Shown in pieces: positions 19,493 to 28,636 of a stretch of 64,000 bases of DNA. Position 1 is the first letter of the stretch; each line of letters begins with the position of its first letter. Under the pieces are notes generated by a model, which did not search any database, was not told the origin of the DNA, and worked only from the letters and a program-made list of their open reading frames with translations. Origin of the DNA: Candidatus Omnitrophota bacterium (GTDB lineage: Bacteria > Omnitrophota > Gorgyraeia > Duberdicusellales > Duberdicusellaceae); assembly GCA_016932855.1 (NCBI GenBank), contig JAFGCB010000016.1, positions 554-64,553 on the forward strand, given 5' to 3'. A program made the position numbers and the translations under genes.

Positions 19493-20120
19493 GGCCTTGT
19501 GCCTCTTTTACTTGCGCTATAAATTTTCTTACTAAATCCCCGTCCTTTTTTCCCGGAAACCTCTCGACACCTCTGGCTACGTCTACCGCGTAAGGTCTTA
19601 ATTTCTTAACCAGGCTTCTTACATTGACAACAGACAATCCTCCGGAAAGAATTAAGAAATTAAGCTGTCCGGCTATTTTCTTAATAATCCTGAAATCCAA
19701 AGTGGCCTGCGGTTTTGCGCTCTTCTCCTCAAAAGGTATGTCTAGAAGCACACCGTCCAGGCGAAACTTTAGAATCCTTGAAACAATATCCGCGTCCTTA
19801 GGAAAAAAACTCTTAATTACTTTAAAATTTTTTCTGAACCTGGCACAATATGATGCTGATTCTGCGCCATGAAACTGCAGCGTATCAAGCCCTACAGAGT
19901 TAGCGATTCTAAACACAGAATCCTCGTTTTCGTTAACGAAGACCCCTACTTTACTTACAAAACAAGGCAGGCCCCTTACTATTTTTTCAGCCTCGCGCGG
20001 CAAGATATAACGAGGGCTTTTAGGATAAAATATAAAGCCAAGGGCACTGGCCCCTGCTTCAACGCACAGAGAGGCGTCTTCCTTGTCTTTAATCCCGCAT
20101 ATCTTGACCCTCGTATTCAT
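19485..20120 (-). CDS. trpF: Phosphoribosylanthranilate isomerase
   Basis: [35 protein letters not shown]. Confidence 0.95.
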   Translation of the reverse strand: MNTRVKICGIKDKEDASLCVEAGASALGFIFYPKSPRYILPREAEKIVRGLPCFVSKVGVFVNENEDSVFRIANSVGLDTLQFHGAESASYCARFRKNFKVIKSFFPKDADIVSRILKFRLDGVLLDIPFEEKSAKPQATLDFRIIKKIAGQLNFLILSGGLSVVNVRSLVKKLRPYAVDVARGVERFPGKKDGDLVRKFIAQVKEAQGHG

Positions 20121-20159
20121 CTTAAGATTATCTCTTTACTATTTTAATGATAAATCCAT

Positions 20160-20372
20160 TCTAAAATCCCAATTTCCAATACTACCAAACAAATCCCATC
20201 CTTCGATTACACTCAGGATGGCCCTGAGTATTCCCGAAGGGCCAACTTCCAAATCCCAAGATGTTTTGGATTCGGGATTTTGCCTGCCTGCCGGTAGGCA
20301 GGTATTTACTTGGGATTTGGTAATATTGGGTTTTGGGATTTAATTTGGGTTTTGTCATTTGAAATTTGGAAT
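20160..20372. repeat. Composite AAATCCC-family inverted repeat with nested REP-like palindromes
   Basis: Arms of aaatccc/ttccaa vs ttgggat/ttgg units; nested ccttcg..ctcagg..cctgag..cgaagg (20200-20240) and cctgcctgccggtaggcagg (20283-20302). Confidence 0.85.
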
Positions 20373-20384
20373 TCCGACAATATA

Positions 20385-21170
20385 TCAATCTCTACAGCCT
20401 ACTTTAAATTCTTTAAGCTTCTCTTTGATATCCTCGGCTCTCATAAGAGCCTCGCCGATCAACACCGCATCCACACCGGCTCCTTTTAGAAGAAGAATTT
20501 CTTTGAGCGAGGATATGCCGCTTTCGCTTACAACAAGAGTATCCTCGGAAATAAGCGGGCTTAACTGCAAAGTCGTATCTAAGTCCACCTCAAAGGTATC
20601 TAAATTTCTATTATTTATTCCTATGATCTCAGGGGACAGCTTAAGCGCCTCTTTTAGCTCTTTCAAGCTGTGAACCTCGACAAGCACATCCATACCTAAT
20701 TCCCTGGCAAGGGTATAAAGTTTTTTAAGCTTCTCCGGCTTTAATATCTTAACTATAAGCAGAATAGCGTCCGCTCCCAAGGCCCGGGACTGGTATACCT
20801 GGGTCTCATCGATAATAAAATCCTTTCTCAAGACAGGAATATTGGACTTTTTCTTTATCTCCTTTAAAAACTTAAGTTTTCCTAAGAAAAATTCTTCCTC
20901 GGTTACTACCGACACGGCCTGAACCCCTACTTTCTTATAATCCTGCAAGATCTCAAGATGATTAAAATCCTGCCTTAGCACACCGGAAGAAGGAGAAGCT
21001 TGTTTAATCTCGGCAATAATTGAAATATTTCTGTCTTCTCTTAAAGCCTTGGAAAGCGATAAAATCTTAGGGGCCTGCTTAGTCAGAGAAATTATTTCTT
21101 TCTCGGATTTCCTGAGAATATTAATCTTTTTCTTCTTGGCCTCTATGATTAAAGAAAGTACTTTATGCAT
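20385..21170 (-). CDS. trpC: Indole-3-glycerol phosphate synthase
   Basis: IIAEIKQASPS, LRKDFIID, LVEVH, GINNRNL, SESGI. Confidence 0.96.
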   Translation of the reverse strand: MHKVLSLIIEAKKKKINILRKSEKEIISLTKQAPKILSLSKALREDRNISIIAEIKQASPSSGVLRQDFNHLEILQDYKKVGVQAVSVVTEEEFFLGKLKFLKEIKKKSNIPVLRKDFIIDETQVYQSRALGADAILLIVKILKPEKLKKLYTLARELGMDVLVEVHSLKELKEALKLSPEIIGINNRNLDTFEVDLDTTLQLSPLISEDTLVVSESGISSLKEILLLKGAGVDAVLIGEALMRAEDIKEKLKEFKVGCRD

Positions 21171-21226
21171 AACCTGCTTAAAGCTAGAGAGTTAAGACTG
21201 ATTTTTTATTATCCTGAACTTATAAA

Positions 21227-22249
21227 TCATTTGCGTGAATTTAGAAATTCTTTTAATTCTTGAAGTTTCTTAAGGGCTGCCCCGCTTTCAATCTGTTCTC
21301 TTGCAACTTCTACCCCCTGTTTAAAGTTTTTAGCCAACCCCGCCAAAACAAAACAGGCCGAAGCATTGGCCAACACCACATCAAGCCTTGCCGAGGGTTT
21401 AGCGCTAAGAACGCCAAGAACGGAATTTACGTTATCCTCTACCCTACCGCCTTTTATTTGAGAAAAACTCCTGCGGCTTAACCCGAAGTCGCGGGGACTT
21501 ACATAAAAAGTCCTGATCTTCTTATTTTTAACCTCGGTTATTTTGGTCTTTGCGCTAATGCTTATTTCATCATAGGTATCCTCGCCCCACACAACAAAAG
21601 CCCTCTTGGTCTTAAGATCCCTTAAAACTTTAGCTACTTTTTCCGTCAAATCTTTACTGTAAACTCCTAAAACCTGATGGGTTGCGCCTGCCGGATTAGT
21701 AAGGGGGCCTACTATGTTGAATATGGTTCTTATTCCTATCTCTTTACGCACCGCGGCTACGTTTCTCATGGCCGAATGGTATAAAGGAGCGTATAAAAAA
21801 CCTATGCCGACTTCTTTTACTGCCTCCTCAACCACTTTAGGCTCCAGACTCAAGTCAATGCCCAAGCCTTCAATTACATCAGCGCTGCCGCAGACTCCGG
21901 AAAAAGAGCGATTGCCGTGTTTAGCTACCTTTATGCCTTTTGAGGCTATGACAAAAGCCGTACAGGTCGATATATTAAAGGTTTTAACAGGCTTGCCCCC
22001 GGTACCGCAAGTATCTAAAACTATGGAGCCTTTCTCCGCTACATTTAACTTCAGAGACTTTTCTCGCATAATCTCAGCCAAGGCTCTCATCTCATCCGTA
22101 GTCTCTGTCTTAATCCGAAGACCTACGAGAAAGGCCGCTGCCTGGGCCGGGGTCGCCTTGCCTTCCATAATCTCCAGGAAAACCTGCTTTGCCTGAAGAT
22201 AAGAAAGCTTTTCTCCCTGGCATAATTTATTTATCGCTTCTCTAATCAT
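21227..22249 (-). CDS. trpD: Anthranilate phosphoribosyltransferase
   Basis: DTCGTGG, TFNIST, AKHGNRS, GSAD, GPLTNPA. Confidence 0.96.
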   Translation of the reverse strand: MIREAINKLCQGEKLSYLQAKQVFLEIMEGKATPAQAAAFLVGLRIKTETTDEMRALAEIMREKSLKLNVAEKGSIVLDTCGTGGKPVKTFNISTCTAFVIASKGIKVAKHGNRSFSGVCGSADVIEGLGIDLSLEPKVVEEAVKEVGIGFLYAPLYHSAMRNVAAVRKEIGIRTIFNIVGPLTNPAGATHQVLGVYSKDLTEKVAKVLRDLKTKRAFVVWGEDTYDEISISAKTKITEVKNKKIRTFYVSPRDFGLSRRSFSQIKGGRVEDNVNSVLGVLSAKPSARLDVVLANASACFVLAGLAKNFKQGVEVAREQIESGAALKKLQELKEFLNSRK

Positions 22250-22815
22250 AGTTTTAAGAAATTCTTAAGAAGAGACTTACCGTCTCTAGTCAATATTGAT
22301 TCAGGATGAAACTGTATTCCAAAACACTTTGAATTCTTTACCTTTATCGCCATTATTTCTTTTTCTTTTGTTTCGGCACACACCTCTAATATCGAAGGCA
22401 GCTTCTTTCTGTCAATTATCAAAGAATGATACCTTGTAGCCACAAAAGGAGACTTAAGGCCCTTAAAGACATGCTTTTTATTATGATAAATAAGAGATGT
22501 CTTACCGTGCATTATCCTGGATGCCCTTACGATCTTGGCGCCCATTGCGAAACCGATGGCTTGATGCCCGAGACATACTCCCAAGAGAGGTATTTTATCA
22601 TAAAATTCCTTAATTAAGGAAACAGAAATCCCGGCACGCTCAGGCCTTCCCGGCCCGGGAGAAATTACTATCTTGCTGGGCCTAAATCTCCGAATCCCAG
22701 GTATAGTTATCTGGTCATTTCTTTTTACCGTGACCTCCGCGCCCAGCTCTGAGATATACTGGTAAAGATTATAAACAAAAGAATCGTAATTATCTATCAA
22801 CAAAACTTTCTTCAT
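22246..22815 (-). CDS. trpG: Anthranilate synthase glutamine amidotransferase subunit
   Basis: IDNYDSF, SPGPG, GVCLGHQ, RYHSL, QFHPES; start set at MKKVLL. Confidence 0.93.
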   Translation of the reverse strand: MKKVLLIDNYDSFVYNLYQYISELGAEVTVKRNDQITIPGIRRFRPSKIVISPGPGRPERAGISVSLIKEFYDKIPLLGVCLGHQAIGFAMGAKIVRASRIMHGKTSLIYHNKKHVFKGLKSPFVATRYHSLIIDRKKLPSILEVCAETKEKEIMAIKVKNSKCFGIQFHPESILTRDGKSLLKNFLKL

Positions 22816-22933
22816 TTTTTTGTATATCCTTGGACTTTCGATCCTCGTTTTAAGACACAGCACCTGGCGCCATGCACTTAACACCTATACTCTTAAGAAC
22901 AAACATAGAGTATCAACAAATCAAATTTAAACT

Positions 22934-24196
22934 CTATTCTCTGCCCCGCCGCACCTGAGCACCTAGCTGTTCAAGTTTTGAGATGAAGTTTTCATAGCCT
23001 CTATCAAGATGATAAAGCCTGTGGATTATGGTCTTGCCGCTTGCGCAGAGGCCGGCCGCAACCAGACAAGCCGAAGCCCGAAGATCCGAAGCCATAACCT
23101 CGGCATGAGAAAATTTTCTTGAACCCTCTACTACCGCCACGGAGCCAAAACGGTTTATTTTAGCTCCCATTCTATTAAGCTCGGGGACATGCATGAATCT
23201 GTCAGGGTATACCTTCTCGGTAACCGTAGAAATCCCTTCAGCCTGCGAAAGTAAAACCATAAACTGGGCCTGCAAATCTGTAGGAAAACCGGGGAAAGCC
23301 AAAGTAGTAATATTTGCGGGATTAATCTTTCGATGCCGCTTTACGCATATACTGCCGTTCTTTATCTGGACATGCTGGCCCATATTTTTAAGGGCATCAA
23401 TAACCGCGCCCAAGAAAGAAACCGATATGTCTTCTATCACCAGCGAACCTCCGGTTGCTATAGCAAAAACAATAAAAGTCCCTGCTTCGATGCGGTCAGG
23501 GATTACTCTATGCTTAAAACCGCTCAGTTTCTTCTTGCCTCTTACAGTTATCTGGGGCGTGCCTTCGCCCTGGATATCAGCTCCCATTTTCTTTAAAACT
23601 TTGGCTAAATCTACGACCTCGGGCTCGCAAGCCGCGAAATCAATTATAGTCTCTCCGCTGGCAAGGGTCGAAGCCATCATAATATTGGCAGTGCCTAGAA
23701 CCGAGGGACCAAAAGGGCTTCCTAAAAACATCTCTTTGCCCAAAAGCCCCGAGGATGAAGCATAGCAGTATCCTCCGGAAATTCTAATATTAGCCCCTAA
23801 TTCTTCAAGCCCTTTCATATGCAGATCTACGGGCCTGATGCCGATGACGCAACCTCCCGGTAAAGAAACCTTGGCTCTCTTCCTTTTGGCAAGAAGAGGC
23901 CCTAAGACGCAGAAAGAAGCCCTCATTGTTCTTACCAGCTTGTAAGGAGCCACAAAGCTCTTATTGCTCCTTGTCTTTATGGTAAGAGAGTCTTCCTGGA
24001 AATATACTCTCTTACCTAAAACCTCTAGTATTTTGACCATAGTATGCACATCCAGAAGGCGGGGGACATTCTCAATATGACACTCTTCGTCAGTAAGCAG
24101 GCTTGCCGCCATTATAGGCAAAACCGCGTTCTTTGAACCGGAAAGCCTTACTTTCCCCTTTAATTTCTTACCGCCCCAAACCTCTAACTTATCCAT
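22934..24196 (-). CDS. murA: UDP-N-acetylglucosamine 1-carboxyvinyltransferase
   Basis: GSKNAVLP, MRAS, LPGGCVIGIRPVDLH, FPGFPTDLQAQ, DLRA, HLDRGYE. Confidence 0.97.
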   Translation of the reverse strand: MDKLEVWGGKKLKGKVRLSGSKNAVLPIMAASLLTDEECHIENVPRLLDVHTMVKILEVLGKRVYFQEDSLTIKTRSNKSFVAPYKLVRTMRASFCVLGPLLAKRKRAKVSLPGGCVIGIRPVDLHMKGLEELGANIRISGGYCYASSSGLLGKEMFLGSPFGPSVLGTANIMMASTLASGETIIDFAACEPEVVDLAKVLKKMGADIQGEGTPQITVRGKKKLSGFKHRVIPDRIEAGTFIVFAIATGGSLVIEDISVSFLGAVIDALKNMGQHVQIKNGSICVKRHRKINPANITTLAFPGFPTDLQAQFMVLLSQAEGISTVTEKVYPDRFMHVPELNRMGAKINRFGSVAVVEGSRKFSHAEVMASDLRASACLVAAGLCASGKTIIHRLYHLDRGYENFISKLEQLGAQVRRGRE

Positions 24197-24198
24197 AA

Positions 24199-25038
24199 CT
24201 AAATAGATGCCGGTTCCCAGAGGCCAAAACCATTCTCTATCTGGTTCCTGGTTTCTTCCTCCAATACAATAACTCTATCTATCCCCGCATAATCTTTTAC
24301 AACTTTTACTAATTCAAAGCCGCAACTTTCCGCGTAGCCTACTGTATTCTGCCTTTGACCATATCCTATCTCAAGAAATAACAGACCTTTTGCTTTTAAA
24401 TAAACTCTCGCTGCCTTGATTATCTTCCTTATGGCATCCAATCCGTCTTTACCACCGTCTAAAGCAATCCTGGGCTCATAATCCATCCGGTGCTTGCGGA
24501 TATAATCAGACTCAACATAAGGAGGGTTAGAGACAATTATATCAAAAGATTTCTCTCTAAAACACGACAATAAATCGGCTTTTACAAGATAAACATTCCT
24601 GCACTTATGCTTTAAAATATTTCTCTTGGCAAGAGCCAGGGCCTTAGCGCAAATATCAACAGAGAAAAACTTAAAAAAGGGATTTTTTTCTGCCAGGGCA
24701 ACCGTAATATTTGCCGAGCCAGTGCCGATATCCAGAATAAACAGCTCTTTCCTGCCGCCTGAATATTGAAGAACAGCTTCAACCAAAATCTCCGTCTCCG
24801 GCCGGGGTATTAATACCGCCTCGTCAATCTCGAATTCTAAACCAAAAAAAACAGCTTTTTTTAAAAGATATTCCAAAGGCCTGCCTTTATCGTGTTCTCT
24901 AATAACCCGGCTTAATGACTCTTGCTCAGAGGCAGTCAGGTTCCTTTTTCCCGATATATAATCATAGAAATCAATATTAAAAAGCTTCTCAATCGCGAAT
25001 TTTAGATCCGAAGTGCTTATTTGAGGCTTAAGCTTCAT
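24199..25038 (-). CDS. prmC: Release factor glutamine methyltransferase
   Basis: VLIPRPETE, LDIGTGS, SNPPY, ALDGGKDGL; downstream of prfA. Confidence 0.95.
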   Translation of the reverse strand: MKLKPQISTSDLKFAIEKLFNIDFYDYISGKRNLTASEQESLSRVIREHDKGRPLEYLLKKAVFFGLEFEIDEAVLIPRPETEILVEAVLQYSGGRKELFILDIGTGSANITVALAEKNPFFKFFSVDICAKALALAKRNILKHKCRNVYLVKADLLSCFREKSFDIIVSNPPYVESDYIRKHRMDYEPRIALDGGKDGLDAIRKIIKAARVYLKAKGLLFLEIGYGQRQNTVGYAESCGFELVKVVKDYAGIDRVIVLEEETRNQIENGFGLWEPASI

Positions 25039-26093
25039 ACTCTCGACTTTCTCTCCTTCAAGATTAAAGGCTTTATTATCAAATCCAGGTTACCTTCCAT
25101 GGCTTCTTCCAGCCTGTATACGGTAATCGGCCCTCTATGATCAGTAACTCTTCTCTGGGGAAAATTATAAGTCCTTATCTTTTCGCTTCTATCGCCTGTT
25201 CCGATTTGCCGCCTTCTCTCGGAATCAATTCCTTGGGCCTGGGCCCGCTTCTGGTACTCAAGAATCCTGGCCTTTAGAATACGCATTGCCTTTTCTCTAT
25301 TCTTGATCTGGGAACGCTCATCCTGACAAGTAGCCACTATTCCCGAAGGTAAATGCGTAATCCTTACGGCTGAGTCAGTGACATTTACATGCTGGCCTCC
25401 CGCGCCCTTGGCCCTAAAAGTATCAATGGTCAAATCTTTAGGCTCAATCTGGACCTCGAGAGCACTTGGCTCCTTAAGCACGGCTACGGTCACCGTTGAA
25501 GTATGGATTCTTCCTCCTGATTCAGTAACCGGAATCCGCTGAACCCTGTGAACCCCGCTTTCAAACCGGAAATGAGCGTAAGCGCCCTTGCCCTTAACCG
25601 CAAAAATCACTTCTTTAAATCCTCCTATTTCCGTGGGCTGAGAATCCAAGACTTCCATATTCCAGCCCTTATTTACGACGTATTTTGAATACATCCGGAA
25701 AAGGTCAGCCGAAAAAAGCGAAGATTCCTGACCGCCGGCAGCAGGCCTTATTTCCACAATTACGGTCCTGTCGGGCTCCTGCTCTTCCTGATAAATCATC
25801 TCTTCTATATCTTCCTCGATATTGCCGACTTTTTCCTGAAGATTGCCGAGCTCCTGCTGGGCAAGCTCCAATATATCTTGACTTTCCTTCCCGTTATTAA
25901 GCATATTCTCTAAATCGCCTCTTTGCTTCAGAAGGCTCTTGTATTCTTTCGAGAGTTTTATCAATTCTTCCAAAAAGGAAAATCGCTTGGCAAGCTTCTG
26001 ATATTTATCCCTGTCAGAAATAATGTCCGGCGAAGCAAGCAACAAGGACAATTCCTCGTGTTCTTTTTCTATCTTTTCAAGATCTTCAAACAT
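25035..26093 (-). CDS. prfA: Peptide chain release factor 1
   Basis: ESGVHRVQRIPVTE (PxT), GGQ, RSEKIRTYNFPQ. Confidence 0.97.
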   Translation of the reverse strand: MFEDLEKIEKEHEELSLLLASPDIISDRDKYQKLAKRFSFLEELIKLSKEYKSLLKQRGDLENMLNNGKESQDILELAQQELGNLQEKVGNIEEDIEEMIYQEEQEPDRTVIVEIRPAAGGQESSLFSADLFRMYSKYVVNKGWNMEVLDSQPTEIGGFKEVIFAVKGKGAYAHFRFESGVHRVQRIPVTESGGRIHTSTVTVAVLKEPSALEVQIEPKDLTIDTFRAKGAGGQHVNVTDSAVRITHLPSGIVATCQDERSQIKNREKAMRILKARILEYQKRAQAQGIDSERRRQIGTGDRSEKIRTYNFPQRRVTDHRGPITVYRLEEAMEGNLDLIIKPLILKERKSRV

Positions 26094-26096
26094 AGC

Positions 26097-26169
26097 TAAG
26101 ACTCCAGACTAAAGACAAAAGACTTTAATCTAGATTTCTCCGGTCTTGGGTCTTGCGTCTTTAGTCTTA
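26097..26169. repeat. Period-7 inverted repeat filling the rpmE-prfA spacer
   Basis: taagact ccagact aaagaca aaagact ... ggtcttg ggtcttg cgtcttt agtctta. Confidence 0.85.
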
Positions 26170-26370
26170 TTTTGATTTCTGGTATTTCTTGATAAACTTA
26201 TCGACCCTTCCCTCGGAATCAACAAACTTCTGTTTACCGGTAAAGAAAGGGTGGCATTCCGAGCAAATCTCCACGTGTATATTGGGCTTTGTAGAACGGG
26301 TATGGATTACATTGCCGCAAGCGCAAATTATCGTGGACTCTACATATTTAGGGTGTAACTTCTTCTTCAT
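26167..26370 (-). CDS. rpmE: 50S ribosomal protein L31 (Zn-binding type)
   Basis: [33 protein letters not shown]. Confidence 0.97.
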   Translation of the reverse strand: MKKKLHPKYVESTIICACGNVIHTRSTKPNIHVEICSECHPFFTGKQKFVDSEGRVDKFIKKYQKSK

Positions 26371-26394
26371 CTTAGAACCTCCTTAAAACATCAA

Positions 26395-26530
26395 ACCTAT
26401 TGTCAAAAATTTTAATAATATTTTAATAAATCAAAATTCAAAAGGAAAAAGTCAAAATTTCAATTCAAAAGTTAAAAGTTTTGGATTTTGAATTGCAATT
26501 TTGCATTTTGAATTTTTACTTTTAAGTTTT
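26395..26530. repeat. Period-7 inverted repeat (TCAAAA family)
   Basis: tcaaaat tcaaaag gaaaaag tcaaaat ... tttgaat tgcaat tttgcat tttgaat ttttact; 5' part similar to 42410-42500. Confidence 0.75.
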
Positions 26531-26532
26531 CA

Positions 26533-27819
26533 TTATTGATTCATGGTCAAAAGAAACTCGGCGTTGCTTTTTGTCCGGGAAAGCCGTTCAATAAGAAGCT
26601 CTATTGCCTCTACCGAGTTTAAGTCGTTTAAGACCTTGCGCAGTATCCAAATCCTCTGAAGCTCATCGGGATGCAGTAAAAGCTCTTCCCTTCGGGTGTT
26701 GGAACGCTTAATATCCACCGAAGGATAGATTCTCCGCTGGAAGATATTTCTATCCAGGTTTATCTCCATATTTCCGGTTCCTTTAAATTCTTCGAATATC
26801 ACGTCATCCATCCGGGAGCCTGTATCCACCAGGGCTGTGGCGATAATAGTAAGTGAGCCTCCTTCTTCTATGGCTCTTGCCGCTCCGAAAAACCTCTTGG
26901 GTTTATGAAGGGCGTTGGAATCAATTCCGCCGGAAAGGATTCTTCCTGAATGGGGCTCAACAAGATTGTAGGCCCGGGCAAGCCTGGTAATACTGTCGAG
27001 AAGAATTACCACGTCTCGTTTGTGCTCAACCAGCCTTCTGGCCTTTTCAAGGACAATCTCGGCCACTTGGACATGCCTATCAGCCGGTTCATCAAAGGTA
27101 GAGCTTATCACCTCGCCTCTTACCATCCTCTTCATCTCAGTAACTTCCTCGGGCCGTTCGTCAATCAAAAGAACCATCAAAAGCACGTCGGGATTGTTAG
27201 TCACTATAGAATTGGATACTTTCTGCAAAAGCACGGTCTTTCCGCTATAGGGCGGTGCAACTATAAGGCCCCGCTGGCCCTTGCCTATGGGGACAAGTAA
27301 ATCTAATATTCTCGTAGAAACCTCTTCAGGCTTAGTCTCCAACAGAAATCTCTCCTTAGGATAAACCGGAGTCAAATTATCGAAAAGAACCCTGTTCTTA
27401 ACCTCTTCGGGGTCTTCGAAGTTAACCGCCTCGACTTTTAGAAGCGCGAAATACTTCTCGTTTTCTTTGGGAGGCCTGATCTGACCGCTTACCGTATCTC
27501 CGGTCTTAAGAGAAAATTTTCTAATCTGTGAGGGCGAAACATATATGTCGTCGGGAGAAGGAAGGTAATTGTAGTTCGGCGAACGCAAAAAACCGAACCC
27601 CTCAGACAATACCTCCAAAACACCGCTGCCAAACATAAGGCCCTCTTTCTCGGCCTGAGCCTGGAGAATTTTAAAAATCAAGTCCTGCTTCTTAAGGCCG
27701 CTTGCGCCGTTTATTGTTAAATCCTTGGCAATCTTGCTAAGCTCTGATATTTTGGTCTCTTTCAGCGTCCCGATATCCATTGCTACCTCCTTTGGTCTGG
27801 CACTAGAGCGCTTAACCAT
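26533..27819 (-). CDS. rho: Transcription termination factor Rho
   Basis: [52 protein letters not shown]; alternative start at 27780. Confidence 0.97.
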   Translation of the reverse strand: MVKRSSARPKEVAMDIGTLKETKISELSKIAKDLTINGASGLKKQDLIFKILQAQAEKEGLMFGSGVLEVLSEGFGFLRSPNYNYLPSPDDIYVSPSQIRKFSLKTGDTVSGQIRPPKENEKYFALLKVEAVNFEDPEEVKNRVLFDNLTPVYPKERFLLETKPEEVSTRILDLLVPIGKGQRGLIVAPPYSGKTVLLQKVSNSIVTNNPDVLLMVLLIDERPEEVTEMKRMVRGEVISSTFDEPADRHVQVAEIVLEKARRLVEHKRDVVILLDSITRLARAYNLVEPHSGRILSGGIDSNALHKPKRFFGAARAIEEGGSLTIIATALVDTGSRMDDVIFEEFKGTGNMEINLDRNIFQRRIYPSVDIKRSNTRREELLLHPDELQRIWILRKVLNDLNSVEAIELLIERLSRTKSNAEFLLTMNQ

Positions 27820-27840
27820 AACGCTACCTCCGTTCGATAA

Positions 27841-27920
27841 GAGAACAGAAAACAGAATACAGACAACAGAAAAAGACTCTTCTTCTTTCCGGGCTCTGCA
27901 CTCTATGCTCTGCGCTCTCT
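27841..27920. repeat. Period-7 inverted repeat upstream of rho
   Basis: aacagaa aacagaa tacagac aacagaa ... gctctgc actctat gctctgc gctctct. Confidence 0.8.
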
Positions 27921-27932
27921 AAAAGTTTGTAA

Positions 27933-28526
27933 TTAACTCCCAATAATTTTTTGATATAAAACATCCGCTTTCTTCTTTAATTCCTTTAAGGTCCCGGTGT
28001 TCTCAATAACAAAGTCAGCTCTTTTTATCTTCTTTTCTAAAGGCAACTGCTCTCTGATCAAGTTTATAACCTGCTTCTTAGTATATCCCGATTCTATTGC
28101 CCGCTTCAGCTGCAGCTTAAGAGGACAATTTACTAATGTTATTTTATCAAACAGCCTGTCAAGCTTAGCCTCAAAAAGCAAAGGAACTTCCACGATTAAA
28201 ACTTCGGCTTTTTTCTCATAAGATGCAATCCTTTTCTTAAGGTGTTTTATAATATAAGGATGGACAATCCTGCTAAGAGCCTTAAGATCGCTTCTGCCGG
28301 GATTGTTCAACAATCTTTGCTTAAGTTTTCTTCTGCTTACCCTGCCCTGTTGCAGTATATCTTTTCCGAATTTTTCTACCAGACTTCTCTTTAAAAAGCT
28401 GTCTTTTAAAAGAAGTTCATGATAAATCCTGTCAGCGCTCAAAAAGGCTGCCCCTTTTTTCTTAAAAAACTTAGCAAGCGTGCTTTTCCCGGTTGCAAAA
28501 CCTCCGGTCAAACCTATAAGAATCAT
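27933..28526 (-). CDS. coaE: Dephospho-CoA kinase
   Basis: IGLTGGFATGKST, IVHP, EVPLLFE, ADFVIEN. Confidence 0.95.
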   Translation of the reverse strand: MILIGLTGGFATGKSTLAKFFKKKGAAFLSADRIYHELLLKDSFLKRSLVEKFGKDILQQGRVSRRKLKQRLLNNPGRSDLKALSRIVHPYIIKHLKKRIASYEKKAEVLIVEVPLLFEAKLDRLFDKITLVNCPLKLQLKRAIESGYTKKQVINLIREQLPLEKKIKRADFVIENTGTLKELKKKADVLYQKIIGS

Positions 28527-28564
28527 CCTCGTCTCTTATTTAAGGTCAAAACGACATAGATATA

Positions 28565-28636
28565 AAGAGTGCTAGGCGTTAGGTGCTAAGTTATTAATAT
28601 TTAGTTGGCACCATGCGCCTTGCCCTAAGCACTCTT
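28565..28636. repeat. Period-7 inverted repeat (GTGCTAG family) overlapping the glgA stop
   Basis: aagagtgctag gcgttag gtgctaa ... tggcacc atgcgcc ttgccct aagcactctt; 28580-28603 identical to 40977-41000. Confidence 0.8.

Noticed and set aside
20083-20388. Small ORFs in the trpC-trpF spacer
   Set aside because: Translations of the repeat element (e.g. LPAGRQ from the palindrome)
22816-22884. trp attenuator peptide (MLSAWRQ...)
   Set aside because: Single Trp, in frame with trpG, no terminator/antiterminator; derives from repeat units
26365-26381. 17-nt identity cttcatcttagaacctc with ~58337-58353
   Set aside because: Covers SD, spacer and ATG-AAG in both genes; plausibly constraint plus chance
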